Made by a program: the position numbers and the translations under genes. This document shows, piece after piece, positions 1 through 9,585 of a stretch of DNA of 62,316 bases. The stretch is from the IMG/VR virus record IMGVR_UViG_3300021093_006163. One strand, given 5' to 3'. Under the pieces are notes generated by a model, which did not search any database, was not told the origin of the DNA, and saw only the letters and a program-made list of their open reading frames with translations. Numbering within the stretch: the stretch's first letter is position 1; the number at the start of each line of letters is the position of its first letter. The DNA comes from an uncultured virus (IMG/VR IMGVR_UViG_3300021093_006163). Its lineage: Duplodnaviria > Heunggongvirae > Uroviricota > Caudoviricetes.

Positions 1-40
1 GCGTAGTCAGTCGACCGAAGATGTTTTCATTTTTTGCCAT
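1..40 (-). CDS. 5' end of a gene running off the window, probably portal protein
   Basis: ATG at 40-38, 1 nt after the terminase stop; reads MAKNENIFGRLTT to the window edge. The portal call rests mainly on position after terL. Confidence 0.4.
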   Translation of the reverse strand, partial: MAKNENIFGRLTT

Positions 41-41
41 T

Positions 42-1652
42 TTATCCTCTATAGACCCACGCAAATTCTGGTGGTATCATTCCCGGTTGTGATCTTTTTC
101 CGCCTGTAACCAGATCTCTCTTGGCTTGAACATTTTTTATGTGTTCATTATTCATAATACTATTCGAGGCACCGTTAAAGTGATTAGTATTGACTGACAT
201 TCCTGCCAGCATTGCTTTGTTTATTGCTCCTGAATCTCTAGAGTGCTCAGATGATGCATCGTACAGCCATGCTCCAATAGCGAGAGACATAACAAGGTCG
301 TCATTCTCTCCCTTCATTGCAGCAACTCGATTATCTTGCCAGACGAAAGTCTTTAGTTCGTCATAGAATCTCGAAGAATAGGTTATTAGAAGCTTGTTTC
401 TTATAAGCTCCTCAAGCTTTGTCAAAATAAGGCCGCGTGTCTTTCCGCTTGTGTTAAATCCGGCAGACTCAGTATTTCCTGGAGGAACATAATCTCCAAT
501 GTAGACCGCGTTGCTCTTTTGATAATACATTCTCGGATAGTTCAGATCTCGAAGTCGAATGATTGTCGCATATCCGTATGTGTTATTTTCTGGGCAGAGA
601 AGTGCCTTATTATACAACAATCCGTATTCACACAGGAGATCACCAAAACGGTCTGGGGCAATCTTTCCTTTGTACTCTGCTACGATCTCTCCGGTCGTTA
701 GATCTATGATGTGAAATGTGGAATAATCTTTTCCGTCGCCTCTTGAGACGTCGGCTGATATCAGGTATTTGTTCTCAGAAAGCGGGTACTTCCAGACCCA
801 AACGTTCCTGTCAAATCCCTTTCTCTCTATTGGATTCTTGATATTGTTGAAAACCCACTTCAGCTCATCATCTCCTAGAAATGTCTCACCAGAAGATGCA
901 AAATCGCACAGGAGCTCCTGTGCGATCTGTCGTGGGGACATGTTTCTTGTCTCTTTTTCAAACCATTCCTGATCTCTCTCGGGATGAACATCCCAGTTCA
1001 GCTTAATTGCTTTGAACTCGTTGATACCAGACTCAGCCTCCTTATAAAGCTTGTAGTATTGTCCACCAACTCCGTTAGGGGTTGAAAGAACAATTGCACG
1101 ACCTCCTGTGGACAGAGTAGGGTAGAGACCAGTCCAGAGCTCATCAAAGTTCTTAACGAAAGCAGCCTCATCAACAATTAGAAGTGATAGAGACTCAGAT
1201 CGGCCTGCATCATCAGATGTTGGAATTGCTTTAATAGAGGATCCATGGCTGAATTCTACAAATTGCTTATTATCAGCAACTATCTGCGGAAGCATCAGCC
1301 AAGGCGGTAAGTTTCGAAGTATAGTTTTTGTTTTCTTTATGAAGTTCTGTGCCACCTGAAGCTTTGTGGCAATAATGAGAATATTTTTGTCTTTTTGGAA
1401 GAGTGCAAGCCATACTGCATAGGCAGCGACAAGCGTTGACAGTCCAAGCTGTCTTCCCTTAACAACAACAGTGAATCTATTTTCTATAAAGCCTCTGACG
1501 CATTCGTCCTGGAATTGATACGTCTTAAACGGGAGCAATCCCTTGGTTGGGTGCTGAATCTTAACATACATGTTGAAAAAATAGATTGGGTCCTTTCCGC
1601 ACCTTATTATTTCCTGAACTTGACGCTGTTTGTTAGGTGCTTGTGTGGACAC
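42..1652 (-). CDS. terL: Terminase large subunit (T4 gp17-like)
   Basis: DPIYF N-terminus, YQFQ adenine-binding motif, Walker A KGRQLGLST, Walker B LIVDEAAF, motif III STPNG, nuclease motifs ADVSRGDGKDYS and DDLVMSLAI. Confidence 0.95.
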   Translation of the reverse strand: MSTQAPNKQRQVQEIIRCGKDPIYFFNMYVKIQHPTKGLLPFKTYQFQDECVRGFIENRFTVVVKGRQLGLSTLVAAYAVWLALFQKDKNILIIATKLQVAQNFIKKTKTILRNLPPWLMLPQIVADNKQFVEFSHGSSIKAIPTSDDAGRSESLSLLIVDEAAFVKNFDELWTGLYPTLSTGGRAIVLSTPNGVGGQYYKLYKEAESGINEFKAIKLNWDVHPERDQEWFEKETRNMSPRQIAQELLCDFASSGETFLGDDELKWVFNNIKNPIERKGFDRNVWVWKYPLSENKYLISADVSRGDGKDYSTFHIIDLTTGEIVAEYKGKIAPDRFGDLLCEYGLLYNKALLCPENNTYGYATIIRLRDLNYPRMYYQKSNAVYIGDYVPPGNTESAGFNTSGKTRGLILTKLEELIRNKLLITYSSRFYDELKTFVWQDNRVAAMKGENDDLVMSLAIGAWLYDASSEHSRDSGAINKAMLAGMSVNTNHFNGASNSIMNNEHIKNVQAKRDLVTGGKRSQPGMIPPEFAWVYRG

Positions 1653-2038
1653 TAATCACCAATTCTAAATGAAGTCTTTCTCCGATAGTAAGCTGTGCGC
1701 TTTGGATTGTGAGGAGACATTGAGATCATCTCAACAGAATCGTCTGAGCCTATTTCTTTTAGTTTTAGACTTTTTCCAGTCGACTCCTTGAAAGACTTCT
1801 CAAGATTCTTGACAAACTGCTTAAGCATCTCAACCGACTCTCTCTCTTGCTCTCTGACTTGGTCTCTTGGGTTTATTCCCATGACAATGTTTGTAATCGT
1901 AGTGTATGTCAGAGTGATTACGTCGCCCTGCATTGTGTGCTTGATGGAGCACGTAGGCGAGACAGAAGTTGAAGTTCCGCCCCACGTCGTATTAAGAATC
2001 TGTCCTAGAACATTAATTTCCTGGAAGCTTAGCATCAT
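1652..2038 (-). CDS. Hypothetical protein, translationally coupled to terL
   Basis: 128 aa ORF, GAGG SD upstream, stop codon overlaps the terL start by 1 nt; no recognisable motif. Confidence 0.7.
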   Translation of the reverse strand: MMLSFQEINVLGQILNTTWGGTSTSVSPTCSIKHTMQGDVITLTYTTITNIVMGINPRDQVREQERESVEMLKQFVKNLEKSFKESTGKSLKLKEIGSDDSVEMISMSPHNPKRTAYYRRKTSFRIGD

Positions 2039-2270
2039 ATCCTCTGGAGCACCTGATTAGGTGCAATCTTTCATTAATATACATATCTATCTGCTCTTGT
2101 GTCGGACGCCATCCTTTCTTCCAGTCTGATTGTCTTGCCTCGACAAGCGACATTGCACATTCTTGACACATTTGAAATTTTTTGAAGTAATCCCAATCTC
2201 TGCTTAGATCGTGAGGAAATTCACAAACCTTGCAAAAGAATGGCATGTTCTCAGCATGAGACTCTTGCAT
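2013..2270 (-). CDS. Small putative zinc-finger protein (CxxC...CxxC)
   Basis: FCKVC and CQEC motifs; GGAGGA SD 5 nt before the ATG at 2270 favours this start over 2288. Confidence 0.65.
   Translation of the reverse strand: MQESHAENMPFFCKVCEFPHDLSRDWDYFKKFQMCQECAMSLVEARQSDWKKGWRPTQEQIDMYINERLHLIRCSRGYDAKLPGN
2080..2087 (-). promoter_or_regulatory. Candidate late-promoter motif GATATGTA upstream of the 128 aa-terL-portal genes
   Basis: Same octamer as at 5704-5711; 41 nt upstream of the ATG at 2038, but inside a CDS. Confidence 0.3.
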
Positions 2271-5200
2271 ATCCATCCTCCCATCCAATGTCTATTACAT
2301 TATCAACAATATCCTTGATTGCGTCAACGTGCGATATGATGAGAATGTTCTTAAAATAAGATTTAAGATTAGTGAGAAGTCGAGCGCATGCCTCAAGATT
2401 ATTCTCATCAAGGGCACCAAACCCTTCATCGATTATAAACATGCTTGATTTAGGTAAAGAAGAAACATTCGTCAGCGCAACACGAATCGCTATTGAAGAT
2501 ATCATCTTCTCCATACCGGAACCTAGCTCAATTAACCTACGACTGTCTCCGTAATTTATGTAGACCTCCACCGAATTTGAATCATCGCACTCTATCTCAA
2601 CATTGAATCCTGCAATGCCATCAAGAATCTGTGAAATCTCAGAATTGATCTTGGGTAGAGCTCTTGAAATAATCTCTTGTGGCACGCCCTTCTTGGAGAA
2701 AGCCGCCTCAAGTGTCTCAAGAACTCGCAGTGCATTTTGAGAAGAATAAATCTCACTAATCTGGTTTTTCAGCTGCCTGATCTTCTCTGTTTGAACTCCA
2801 ATCTCTGTTGCGCAAGAGAGTATCTCTTTTTCTTTTTGTCTAAGCGAATCCTCGAGAGGCATCAACCTCAGCTCATCTCCTGATTCTATTTCAGAATTAC
2901 TGGACCTAATTTCATCAATTTTCTTCTTCACCTGGTCGAGCGTGTGATTTTTATTTGAAATTCTTTCAGATAAAACAGCAATCCTTGATTCAAAGCTTTT
3001 CTCCTCAAACTCAAGCTCTTTTTGAAGATCTCTTATCTTTGTAGCTTTCTTTAGGGCATCAATTGGATTTTCTTTCTCGAGAGAGCTTGATCTATTCTTT
3101 AGAATCTGAATTGATCTTTCCTTGCCGGATACCTGAGATTCGATGCTAGGTAGCCGCTCTTTGTTTCTGTGTGAATCGCAGATGAACTGGCATGTCGGGT
3201 ACTGTCCCATACATGGTACCTGCCCTAGAAGTTCAACAGACTTAAGGAGAGTATCTCTCTCGCGCTGCCTAGATCTAAGGTCTTTTTCCTCAGATTCTAT
3301 TTGTCGAGAAATGTCTCGCTGATCGTTTGACTGCTTCTCAAGCTCTGCAAAGCTCACTTCGCTCAGAGCTTTTCGAGTACGCAAAAGCTTAGAGACAACT
3401 AAATCCAGATTGGATTTCTCTCTTTCTAGATCATCCTCTGCCCGCTGAATTTCGAGTGATGTCTTGTTCAGCTCCTCAGAAAGCCTAGAAAGCTCTCTCT
3501 TGTTTTTTATTGTGTCCGGTGGGATCTTTCCATTGATCTCAGAAATCAGATTTCTGAGATTTTCTGATTCTTTGATGAGAACATCTTTTTTTGTCTCAAG
3601 TTCAGAAATTTTTCTATCAGACAGATCGATTAGATTCTTGCAATCTGTCTCTGTTCCGGAGAATTTCAGTTTAGTCTTATAGGGAGCAATATCCGACTTT
3701 ACCTTGTTATTGAGCTCCTCAAAATAGTCAATGTCTAAGAACCTGGTCAGCATTTGCTTTCTTGCTGTTGACTTCTCATTGATGAAAAGATTCATGTATC
3801 CCTGCGGAGACAAGCAAGTATAGAAGAAATCATCAGCAGTCCCAATTAGACTTCTTAGGACCTTCTCAGTCTCTCTCCTTTGCTCATCATTGAGATCTGT
3901 CTTGTCAGCATCCCCTGCGGATTGCTTTGACACAGAAAGCGTAGTGCTGGCCCAAACTTCAGATTTTTTAGGATAGTTTTTAATTGTCTCTCTAGTGATT
4001 TCATATCTGTCAGAAGATACAGATAGATCTACTTTTGAACGGCAAGAATCTTTCTTGGCATTGATAACATGCAAATTTTTCATACTCCCTCTGTCAGTTG
4101 TGTTGAAGAGAGAGTAAACGATGGCGCCAATAATTGAAGATTTTCCAGTTCTATTCTTTCCAAATATTCCTGTGATCCCGGGAAGAGATCCAAAATCTAT
4201 TGAGTTTCTATCTCCGTAAGCAAATAGATTATCAAATTCAATCTTATTGAGATCCCACTTGACATTTCTGACGGTATCCTCTGCGCCATCTCTAGAAGAT
4301 AGATAAAAATCAAGCTGCTTAATAGCCTCACTTGTGACCTCTTCTGGTAATCCCCTCCGGTTGATGAAATCTATCAAAGACTTCTTTACGTCAATAGGAG
4401 AAGAGCTCTCCTGTGCTTTAACAGCGTGTCCTGCGGGATCAACGTGAGTCTTGTAGGTTATCTCAATTGGATGAATCTTATTTTCAATCAAGTCGCAGAA
4501 ATCACGCAGCTTATTAGAGTCCCGACAGGAAACATCTAGCCGCACGCGCGATCTTTCAGGCACACTTTTGAGAGCAAAAACAGGATCTGTATCATCAGAG
4601 AATGATACTGTGACAAACGGGTGAATGCACTTGACAGGGTGGAATGTTACGTCAAAATCATTTCTGCTTCTAATGTCCCAAAACAGAAATCCCTTGCTCT
4701 GCTCTTCAGCGTAGTTTTGCTGAATTGTTGATCCGCAATATGCAATAGTGCGTTGGCTGTTCAAGAACTGGCGCTTGTGAATGTCTCCAAGTAGTGAAAA
4801 ATCAAATTTCTCAAAGAAAGAAACTGTTGTTTCTCCCTCGATTTCATACTCTGTATCAGACGTTGCACCCCTCACAGCACCGTGGTAAAGCGCAATGTTG
4901 ATTTTTCCAGGAACAGGAATAATGTTCTCCCATCCTGAATTGTCGAACAATGAAAAAGCGTGAAAAACAAACTGAGGATAATTTGTTTCGTAAGTTCCAG
5001 ATTTCTTCATTATTCTGATTCTTGGATCACCTAGCGCAGCAATCACAGGTGAGACAGCATCCTGTCTGTTCTTATTCATAATCAGACCGTCGTGATTTCC
5101 AAGCAGGACATCAACAGGTGCGATATCTGCAAGAGACTTAAACCACCAGTGAAGAACATCAATTATCTCTGGTGTTATTCCCTGTGTCTTTGAATGAACA

Positions 5201-5334
5201 ATATCACCGCCGATGTAAATAAGATCAGGCTTCAATTCCTTTAGAGTTTGAAATGCATCTTCAAAAGCTTCTCGATATTCAGCGTGCCGAGAAAGCCCTC
5301 TAAAATGTACATCAGCAAAATGTGCAATCTTCAT
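2251..5334 (-). CDS. Fused Mre11/SbcD nuclease and Rad50/SbcC ATPase (T4 gp47+gp46-like)
   Basis: Metallophosphoesterase motifs ADVH, GGD, GNHD, YHG, LGDIH; then Walker A GKNRTGKS, long coiled coil, signature GSGME, Walker B/D-loop FIIDEGFGALD and H-loop ISH, all in one uninterrupted ORF. Confidence 0.93.
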   Translation of the reverse strand: MKIAHFADVHFRGLSRHAEYREAFEDAFQTLKELKPDLIYIGGDIVHSKTQGITPEIIDVLHWWFKSLADIAPVDVLLGNHDGLIMNKNRQDAVSPVIAALGDPRIRIMKKSGTYETNYPQFVFHAFSLFDNSGWENIIPVPGKINIALYHGAVRGATSDTEYEIEGETTVSFFEKFDFSLLGDIHKRQFLNSQRTIAYCGSTIQQNYAEEQSKGFLFWDIRSRNDFDVTFHPVKCIHPFVTVSFSDDTDPVFALKSVPERSRVRLDVSCRDSNKLRDFCDLIENKIHPIEITYKTHVDPAGHAVKAQESSSPIDVKKSLIDFINRRGLPEEVTSEAIKQLDFYLSSRDGAEDTVRNVKWDLNKIEFDNLFAYGDRNSIDFGSLPGITGIFGKNRTGKSSIIGAIVYSLFNTTDRGSMKNLHVINAKKDSCRSKVDLSVSSDRYEITRETIKNYPKKSEVWASTTLSVSKQSAGDADKTDLNDEQRRETEKVLRSLIGTADDFFYTCLSPQGYMNLFINEKSTARKQMLTRFLDIDYFEELNNKVKSDIAPYKTKLKFSGTETDCKNLIDLSDRKISELETKKDVLIKESENLRNLISEINGKIPPDTIKNKRELSRLSEELNKTSLEIQRAEDDLEREKSNLDLVVSKLLRTRKALSEVSFAELEKQSNDQRDISRQIESEEKDLRSRQRERDTLLKSVELLGQVPCMGQYPTCQFICDSHRNKERLPSIESQVSGKERSIQILKNRSSSLEKENPIDALKKATKIRDLQKELEFEEKSFESRIAVLSERISNKNHTLDQVKKKIDEIRSSNSEIESGDELRLMPLEDSLRQKEKEILSCATEIGVQTEKIRQLKNQISEIYSSQNALRVLETLEAAFSKKGVPQEIISRALPKINSEISQILDGIAGFNVEIECDDSNSVEVYINYGDSRRLIELGSGMEKMISSIAIRVALTNVSSLPKSSMFIIDEGFGALDENNLEACARLLTNLKSYFKNILIISHVDAIKDIVDNVIDIGWEDGYARVSC

Positions 5335-5340
5335 GTTTTT

Positions 5341-5369
5341 ATTCTACACGAGAGAATGCAAATATTCAA
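5341..5369 (-). promoter_or_regulatory. Sigma70-type promoter (TTGAAT-N17-TAGAAT) for a probably leaderless transcript
   Basis: -35 TTGAAT (5369-5364), 17 nt spacer, -10 TAGAAT (5346-5341), then AAAAAC-ATG; no SD. Confidence 0.6.
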
Positions 5370-5698
5370 CCGTTTAATTTTCTGAACATGTGTGCAGTTG
5401 AAACAATGAGATCGTCAATACTCTTGTCGCCCGTGCTATCTTCATCCATTCGATCATACAGCGATATTGCTTCTCCGATCATAGAATAAAGAGCATACTT
5501 TGGCGTGACGTAGTTTTCGTCGCCCGCGTAGTTATCACACCCGCAGTCGCATCCGCAGCCCTTGTTGCAATTACACACATTGCTACAACCGCAATCTTCG
5601 TGATCAATCTGATCATCGACATCACCGGGCAAATCTCTGCGCGCATAAAGCGCATCATCTTTCAGAATTGAACGGACCATCTCTCTAATTGAACGCAT
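5366..5698 (-). CDS. Small acidic protein with a Cys-rich (metallothionein-like) segment
   Basis: HEDCGCSNVCNCNKGCGCDCGCD: 8 Cys in 19 residues. Confidence 0.7.
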   Translation of the reverse strand: MRSIREMVRSILKDDALYARRDLPGDVDDQIDHEDCGCSNVCNCNKGCGCDCGCDNYAGDENYVTPKYALYSMIGEAISLYDRMDEDSTGDKSIDDLIVSTAHMFRKLNG

Positions 5699-5703
5699 AA
5701 GCC

Positions 5704-5711
5704 TACATATC
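5704..5711 (-). promoter_or_regulatory. Candidate late-promoter motif GATATGTA
   Basis: In the 15 nt intergenic gap, 5 nt before the ATG; no SD. Confidence 0.4.
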
Positions 5712-5713
5712 TT

Positions 5714-6691
5714 CTACAGGATAGAACCGCTTCTGATCATTCCTATTTTGGAGAGAAGTGATGTTTTTGCATTCCAAGGAGAAATAAAACGGATAGATTT
5801 TTCAATTTCTTCTCCTGACATTGATCCTAAATCTTTTCCATTTGAAACTGTCAAAATATCGACATTGCATCCATATTCAATCAGAGTGTCAGCAATTTTT
5901 CTTTCCTTCTCCTTGGCGTCAGAATCGAGAGCAAGTATTATGTGACACTGATTTTCAACTATTCTTTTGAACAACAGCGAAGATTCAGGCAAGGAAGATC
6001 CGAGCATGCAGATGCTATTTTTTCCGAGTCTTATCTGATCAAATATTCCTTCAACCAGATAGACAGGAGAATCCCAATCAACTTCGCATTCGTTGAAAAC
6101 AATCTTCATCTTGTCGATGGTTGAGTTGACATAGCGCTGCTTTGTGCTCAGGTCTATTGATCTTGAAACAAAATAGTTTTCTTCTCCAGTGCTATCCAGC
6201 GAAATAAAATACACTCTCCTAGAATCTTTTCCATTAGGTGTCACACCTGCACGATACCTGTAAAAATCAGAATCAGTCAAACCTCGAGATCTGAGGTATT
6301 TTAGTGCAGCTTTCACGTTTGGATCTTTCGAATCCAGTAGATTTACTAATGGAATGAAACCTGCTGGATATTCAAATTTTTGTTCCTGGTTAGAGTCAAC
6401 ATCATATGAAAACTTTTGATTCAAAAAGTTTCGTCTGTACTCTTCAAGAAGGTCTCTGCCCTTGTACTTCCTAAGCAGAGGAACAAGAGTTCTGCCCTTG
6501 GTGTTGCAAACCCAGCAATGAAAACCCCAGGTGTTCAACGAAATAGAAAGCTTTTTCTTTTTATTATCCTTGCACGCTGGACAAGCAATGGCAATATCAT
6601 CGCCGCTGCGAGAAAGAACACCTTTTCCAAAGGATCGTTCAATAAATGAGATCTTTTCAGTAAAAGTTGATTGCACAATGTAATCAAACAA
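5714..6691 (-). CDS. DNA primase (DnaG/T4 gp61-like)
   Basis: Zinc-binding CPAC...FHCWVC, YLRSRG, TOPRIM motifs LVEGIFD and ALDSD. Start uncertain (TTG 6691 or GTG 6676). Confidence 0.88.
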   Translation of the reverse strand: MFDYIVQSTFTEKISFIERSFGKGVLSRSGDDIAIACPACKDNKKKKLSISLNTWGFHCWVCNTKGRTLVPLLRKYKGRDLLEEYRRNFLNQKFSYDVDSNQEQKFEYPAGFIPLVNLLDSKDPNVKAALKYLRSRGLTDSDFYRYRAGVTPNGKDSRRVYFISLDSTGEENYFVSRSIDLSTKQRYVNSTIDKMKIVFNECEVDWDSPVYLVEGIFDQIRLGKNSICMLGSSLPESSLLFKRIVENQCHIILALDSDAKEKERKIADTLIEYGCNVDILTVSNGKDLGSMSGEEIEKSIRFISPWNAKTSLLSKIGMIRSGSIL

Positions 6692-6698
6692 AGAAAAT

Positions 6699-7232
6699 CT
6701 ACTCTTTACAACCTGTTAATCCGGCAAGTGCTATTATGTATGCATCTGCCATGTCGTAACAGATATCCTTGCGTTCGCCGTTCTTTTTCAGAGGCCACAA
6801 AACTTCGACCCGAGGTGAAACCCAGGAAAAGACTTTTTCCTTAGTAGAGACCGTCTTATCCTTGTGATTCATCCTCAGCCCGACGTGATTTCTTGCATTT
6901 GTGACGTTAAGCAGGACAGGATCAACACCAAACACCCGGTAAGCTATTAGACTGCAGGCTCCGTTGAATCTTGCCAACGTATTGATCGTATGAGCGGATG
7001 AGAGACCCCTTCTAAAAGAGCTCAGGTTTTGCTCAATGAAAACTTCGGAAATTTTCATTTCTTTAGAAATGCCTGTGAGCTCACGAGTTATCAGATCACA
7101 TTTTTTGGAAAATGTATCCTCTTTTGTGAGAACTATGGGAGAAATTTTTAGAATATTTCCATTCTCATCAAGGCAGCATATTCCAGTGCAAGAAGTAGAT
7201 ACGTCTAATCCAACAACAACCCTAGAAGTCAT
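6699..7232 (-). CDS. ruvC: RuvC-like Holliday junction resolvase
   Basis: VVGLDVSTSCTG, FIEQ and DMADAYIIA supply the RNase H-fold D-E-D-D catalytic set. Confidence 0.85.
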   Translation of the reverse strand: MTSRVVVGLDVSTSCTGICCLDENGNILKISPIVLTKEDTFSKKCDLITRELTGISKEMKISEVFIEQNLSSFRRGLSSAHTINTLARFNGACSLIAYRVFGVDPVLLNVTNARNHVGLRMNHKDKTVSTKEKVFSWVSPRVEVLWPLKKNGERKDICYDMADAYIIALAGLTGCKE

Positions 7233-9579
7233 ATCTTAGCCTAAAAACGATCTCATCACCTTCTCTCTTCTGGATTGACTGTGCTAGTTTTGCTCTCATT
7301 ACAACGTTAAAATTCTCATCGTGTAAGTTTATACCACTAATATACGTGAATTCATCGGCTTGTTCAGACCGAAGTGACGTAGGCGGAAAACTCTGGTATG
7401 TTGGATTGTAAGAGTTGTTGACTTCTCCCGGAGATGCAGGAACTGTAAAATTTGCAACAATTCGGCGTGTATCTCCCCTGAATGACATCTCGAATCCGGT
7501 CTTTCCAAAGAAAGGAAGATGAGGAGATAGTATTGCGACAATTCCGTGAGAATAGAAGATCGAACCGACTCTGTTCCACTTGGCAGGAGGAGAGATGCAG
7601 TCGGATCGATAGAGATTTCCTTTTTCGTCATCTCGAAGGGTGGAAGATATTCCACCAGATCCAGACATATTTAAATCAGAGATAGCAAAAGTTCCAGGTA
7701 TTATCCTGTTCATATAGTATATGCTAGGAATAGTGAATATCACAACCCTGTTTGAGCTTCGATCTGCAAGATCACCAACGGCTGTTGGAAAGTTTATATC
7801 TTGCAAAAACGGTAAATAAGGAGAATCTGACCCGTCATAGCTAAATTCTCCAAATTTTGTTACTGGATAATAAGAGCTTATAGGTGCAAGATTTTCAAGA
7901 GAAAGAATCATTGATGAAGCAAAATTCGAAGCGGTGTGAAATCTTGTTGAATCATTATCAAGTATGCTGAAATCAGGCTCAAAATTTCCATTATCGCATG
8001 GAAGTATTGTGAAATTTCTTCTTCTAACACTAGGCTGCTTCATAATTAGACTGTCGACAGTTCCCTCTCTTGAATCAAAGGTACCTGCAAGTTTGGTAAA
8101 TTCTGACATACCATAAGCTCTGGACTGCTTCTTTTTTGCAAAATCGATCAAGAAATTTTGAGTATTAACATATAGCGCGCTGTATCCTAAAGCCATCCTG
8201 TGAAAGATAGGATCGTCTGTTTTTAGCTCATTCGTGGAAATCGGAGTGTAGGGAACAATAACGGCAGCAGGAATAGAAGATGTGAAGAAAGGAGGCAAAA
8301 AGAATGCAGGACCGCCATCAAAATCTTCTAGCTGATACAGTTTGTTTATTGAGTTAATTTCATTATCAGGAACGTATCTTTTGAAAATTGACAGATGATG
8401 AATCTCTGCATTTAGAGGATTGCTAAGTGTTATTCCTACAGGATCTGACGTGCCCGGAACTGTGTCTGTTTCAGTTCCGTACGTCGCTGCTGCTGTAGAA
8501 TTGAAAAACCTTGCAATCCTGTCTCCGCTATCATAAAAGTTTCCAATCATAAGGGCATCACTTGCAAGGCCCGTGGATATTGTCTGAAAATTTGCGTTGA
8601 ATCTGGTTAGTGATTTATTGACCTGTATCGATCCCGTTCCGAAGCTTCTTTGAGAAGCGCCCCATCTAATTGTTACTCTGTTCCACGAGTCTCTGTCAAG
8701 AACATCAGGAGTTGCAAAAGTTAAGTCAGAAGGTGCTGCAAGGGGTAGCGAGTCTAGATTCAACCTGTCTGGTTTCACATCTGCGCTTTGACTTAGCTGA
8801 AGCACTATTCTGAACTTATCAGGCTTCTGGTCGGGACCTAGCGTAGAGCCACTCGCAAGAGATATGCATATTGAAGATGAGATGTGGAGTATTGATCCTG
8901 CGTGATATCTTCTAGCCGCTTCAATTGGTGCACGAGGCTTTATAAAAAAATCAACAGTAAATTCCTTGTCAGGAGTGTAATCTCTAATTCCTTTTGCATT
9001 TGGAAAATTAGGAAACACTATTGCCGATGCTGTTGGAAAATTACTTGATGAAACAAAATTGATGCAGTTGTAATTTGTGTAGGAAAAAAATGACAGTGGA
9101 TTTTCAACAAGTTGATCTGGGATAAGAATTTTTCTCACCACTCGTCTATGTAAATTCTGCCAATCGTGGGGGTCTGTATTGAATGAAACGATGCCTGTTT
9201 GAAGATTGATTTCTGGTGCAGATATCTTGCTTGGTGACTCTATCCGAATAGGATGTGTCTGAATTATATTCTTTTTTCCGACGCCGGTGTTATTGACATT
9301 GTTGACATATGCAGAGATCTGCTGAAATATATTAGTTGATCCTAGCTTATAGGACTCACTTGCATTATAAAGAAGATCATCGTCAGGTGTAATACCAGCT
9401 GTTTCAACAAAGGAAACTCCAGAAATTGAACCTGGAATTACCTTAATTGACTGGGATGGTTTTGACAAAAGTCTTATGCTGCCTGTTATTCCCGACGAAG
9501 ATGAAGAAAAAGACTGGCTTGGCTGCAGAAGCAGCGTATTTATTTCGACTAGATCGGGACTAATGACAACGACTGACAT
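7222..9579 (-). CDS. Putative virion baseplate/tail protein with a LamG-like region
   Basis: FTVDFFIKP...WNRVTI...IHHLSIF resembles a LamG beta-sandwich; C-terminus TYISGINLHD...AKLAQSIQK...LRYDF is paralogous to that of 9586-10869. Confidence 0.6.
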   Translation of the reverse strand: MSVVVISPDLVEINTLLLQPSQSFSSSSSGITGSIRLLSKPSQSIKVIPGSISGVSFVETAGITPDDDLLYNASESYKLGSTNIFQQISAYVNNVNNTGVGKKNIIQTHPIRIESPSKISAPEINLQTGIVSFNTDPHDWQNLHRRVVRKILIPDQLVENPLSFFSYTNYNCINFVSSSNFPTASAIVFPNFPNAKGIRDYTPDKEFTVDFFIKPRAPIEAARRYHAGSILHISSSICISLASGSTLGPDQKPDKFRIVLQLSQSADVKPDRLNLDSLPLAAPSDLTFATPDVLDRDSWNRVTIRWGASQRSFGTGSIQVNKSLTRFNANFQTISTGLASDALMIGNFYDSGDRIARFFNSTAAATYGTETDTVPGTSDPVGITLSNPLNAEIHHLSIFKRYVPDNEINSINKLYQLEDFDGGPAFFLPPFFTSSIPAAVIVPYTPISTNELKTDDPIFHRMALGYSALYVNTQNFLIDFAKKKQSRAYGMSEFTKLAGTFDSREGTVDSLIMKQPSVRRRNFTILPCDNGNFEPDFSILDNDSTRFHTASNFASSMILSLENLAPISSYYPVTKFGEFSYDGSDSPYLPFLQDINFPTAVGDLADRSSNRVVIFTIPSIYYMNRIIPGTFAISDLNMSGSGGISSTLRDDEKGNLYRSDCISPPAKWNRVGSIFYSHGIVAILSPHLPFFGKTGFEMSFRGDTRRIVANFTVPASPGEVNNSYNPTYQSFPPTSLRSEQADEFTYISGINLHDENFNVVMRAKLAQSIQKREGDEIVFRLRYDF

Positions 9580-9585
9580 GTAACC

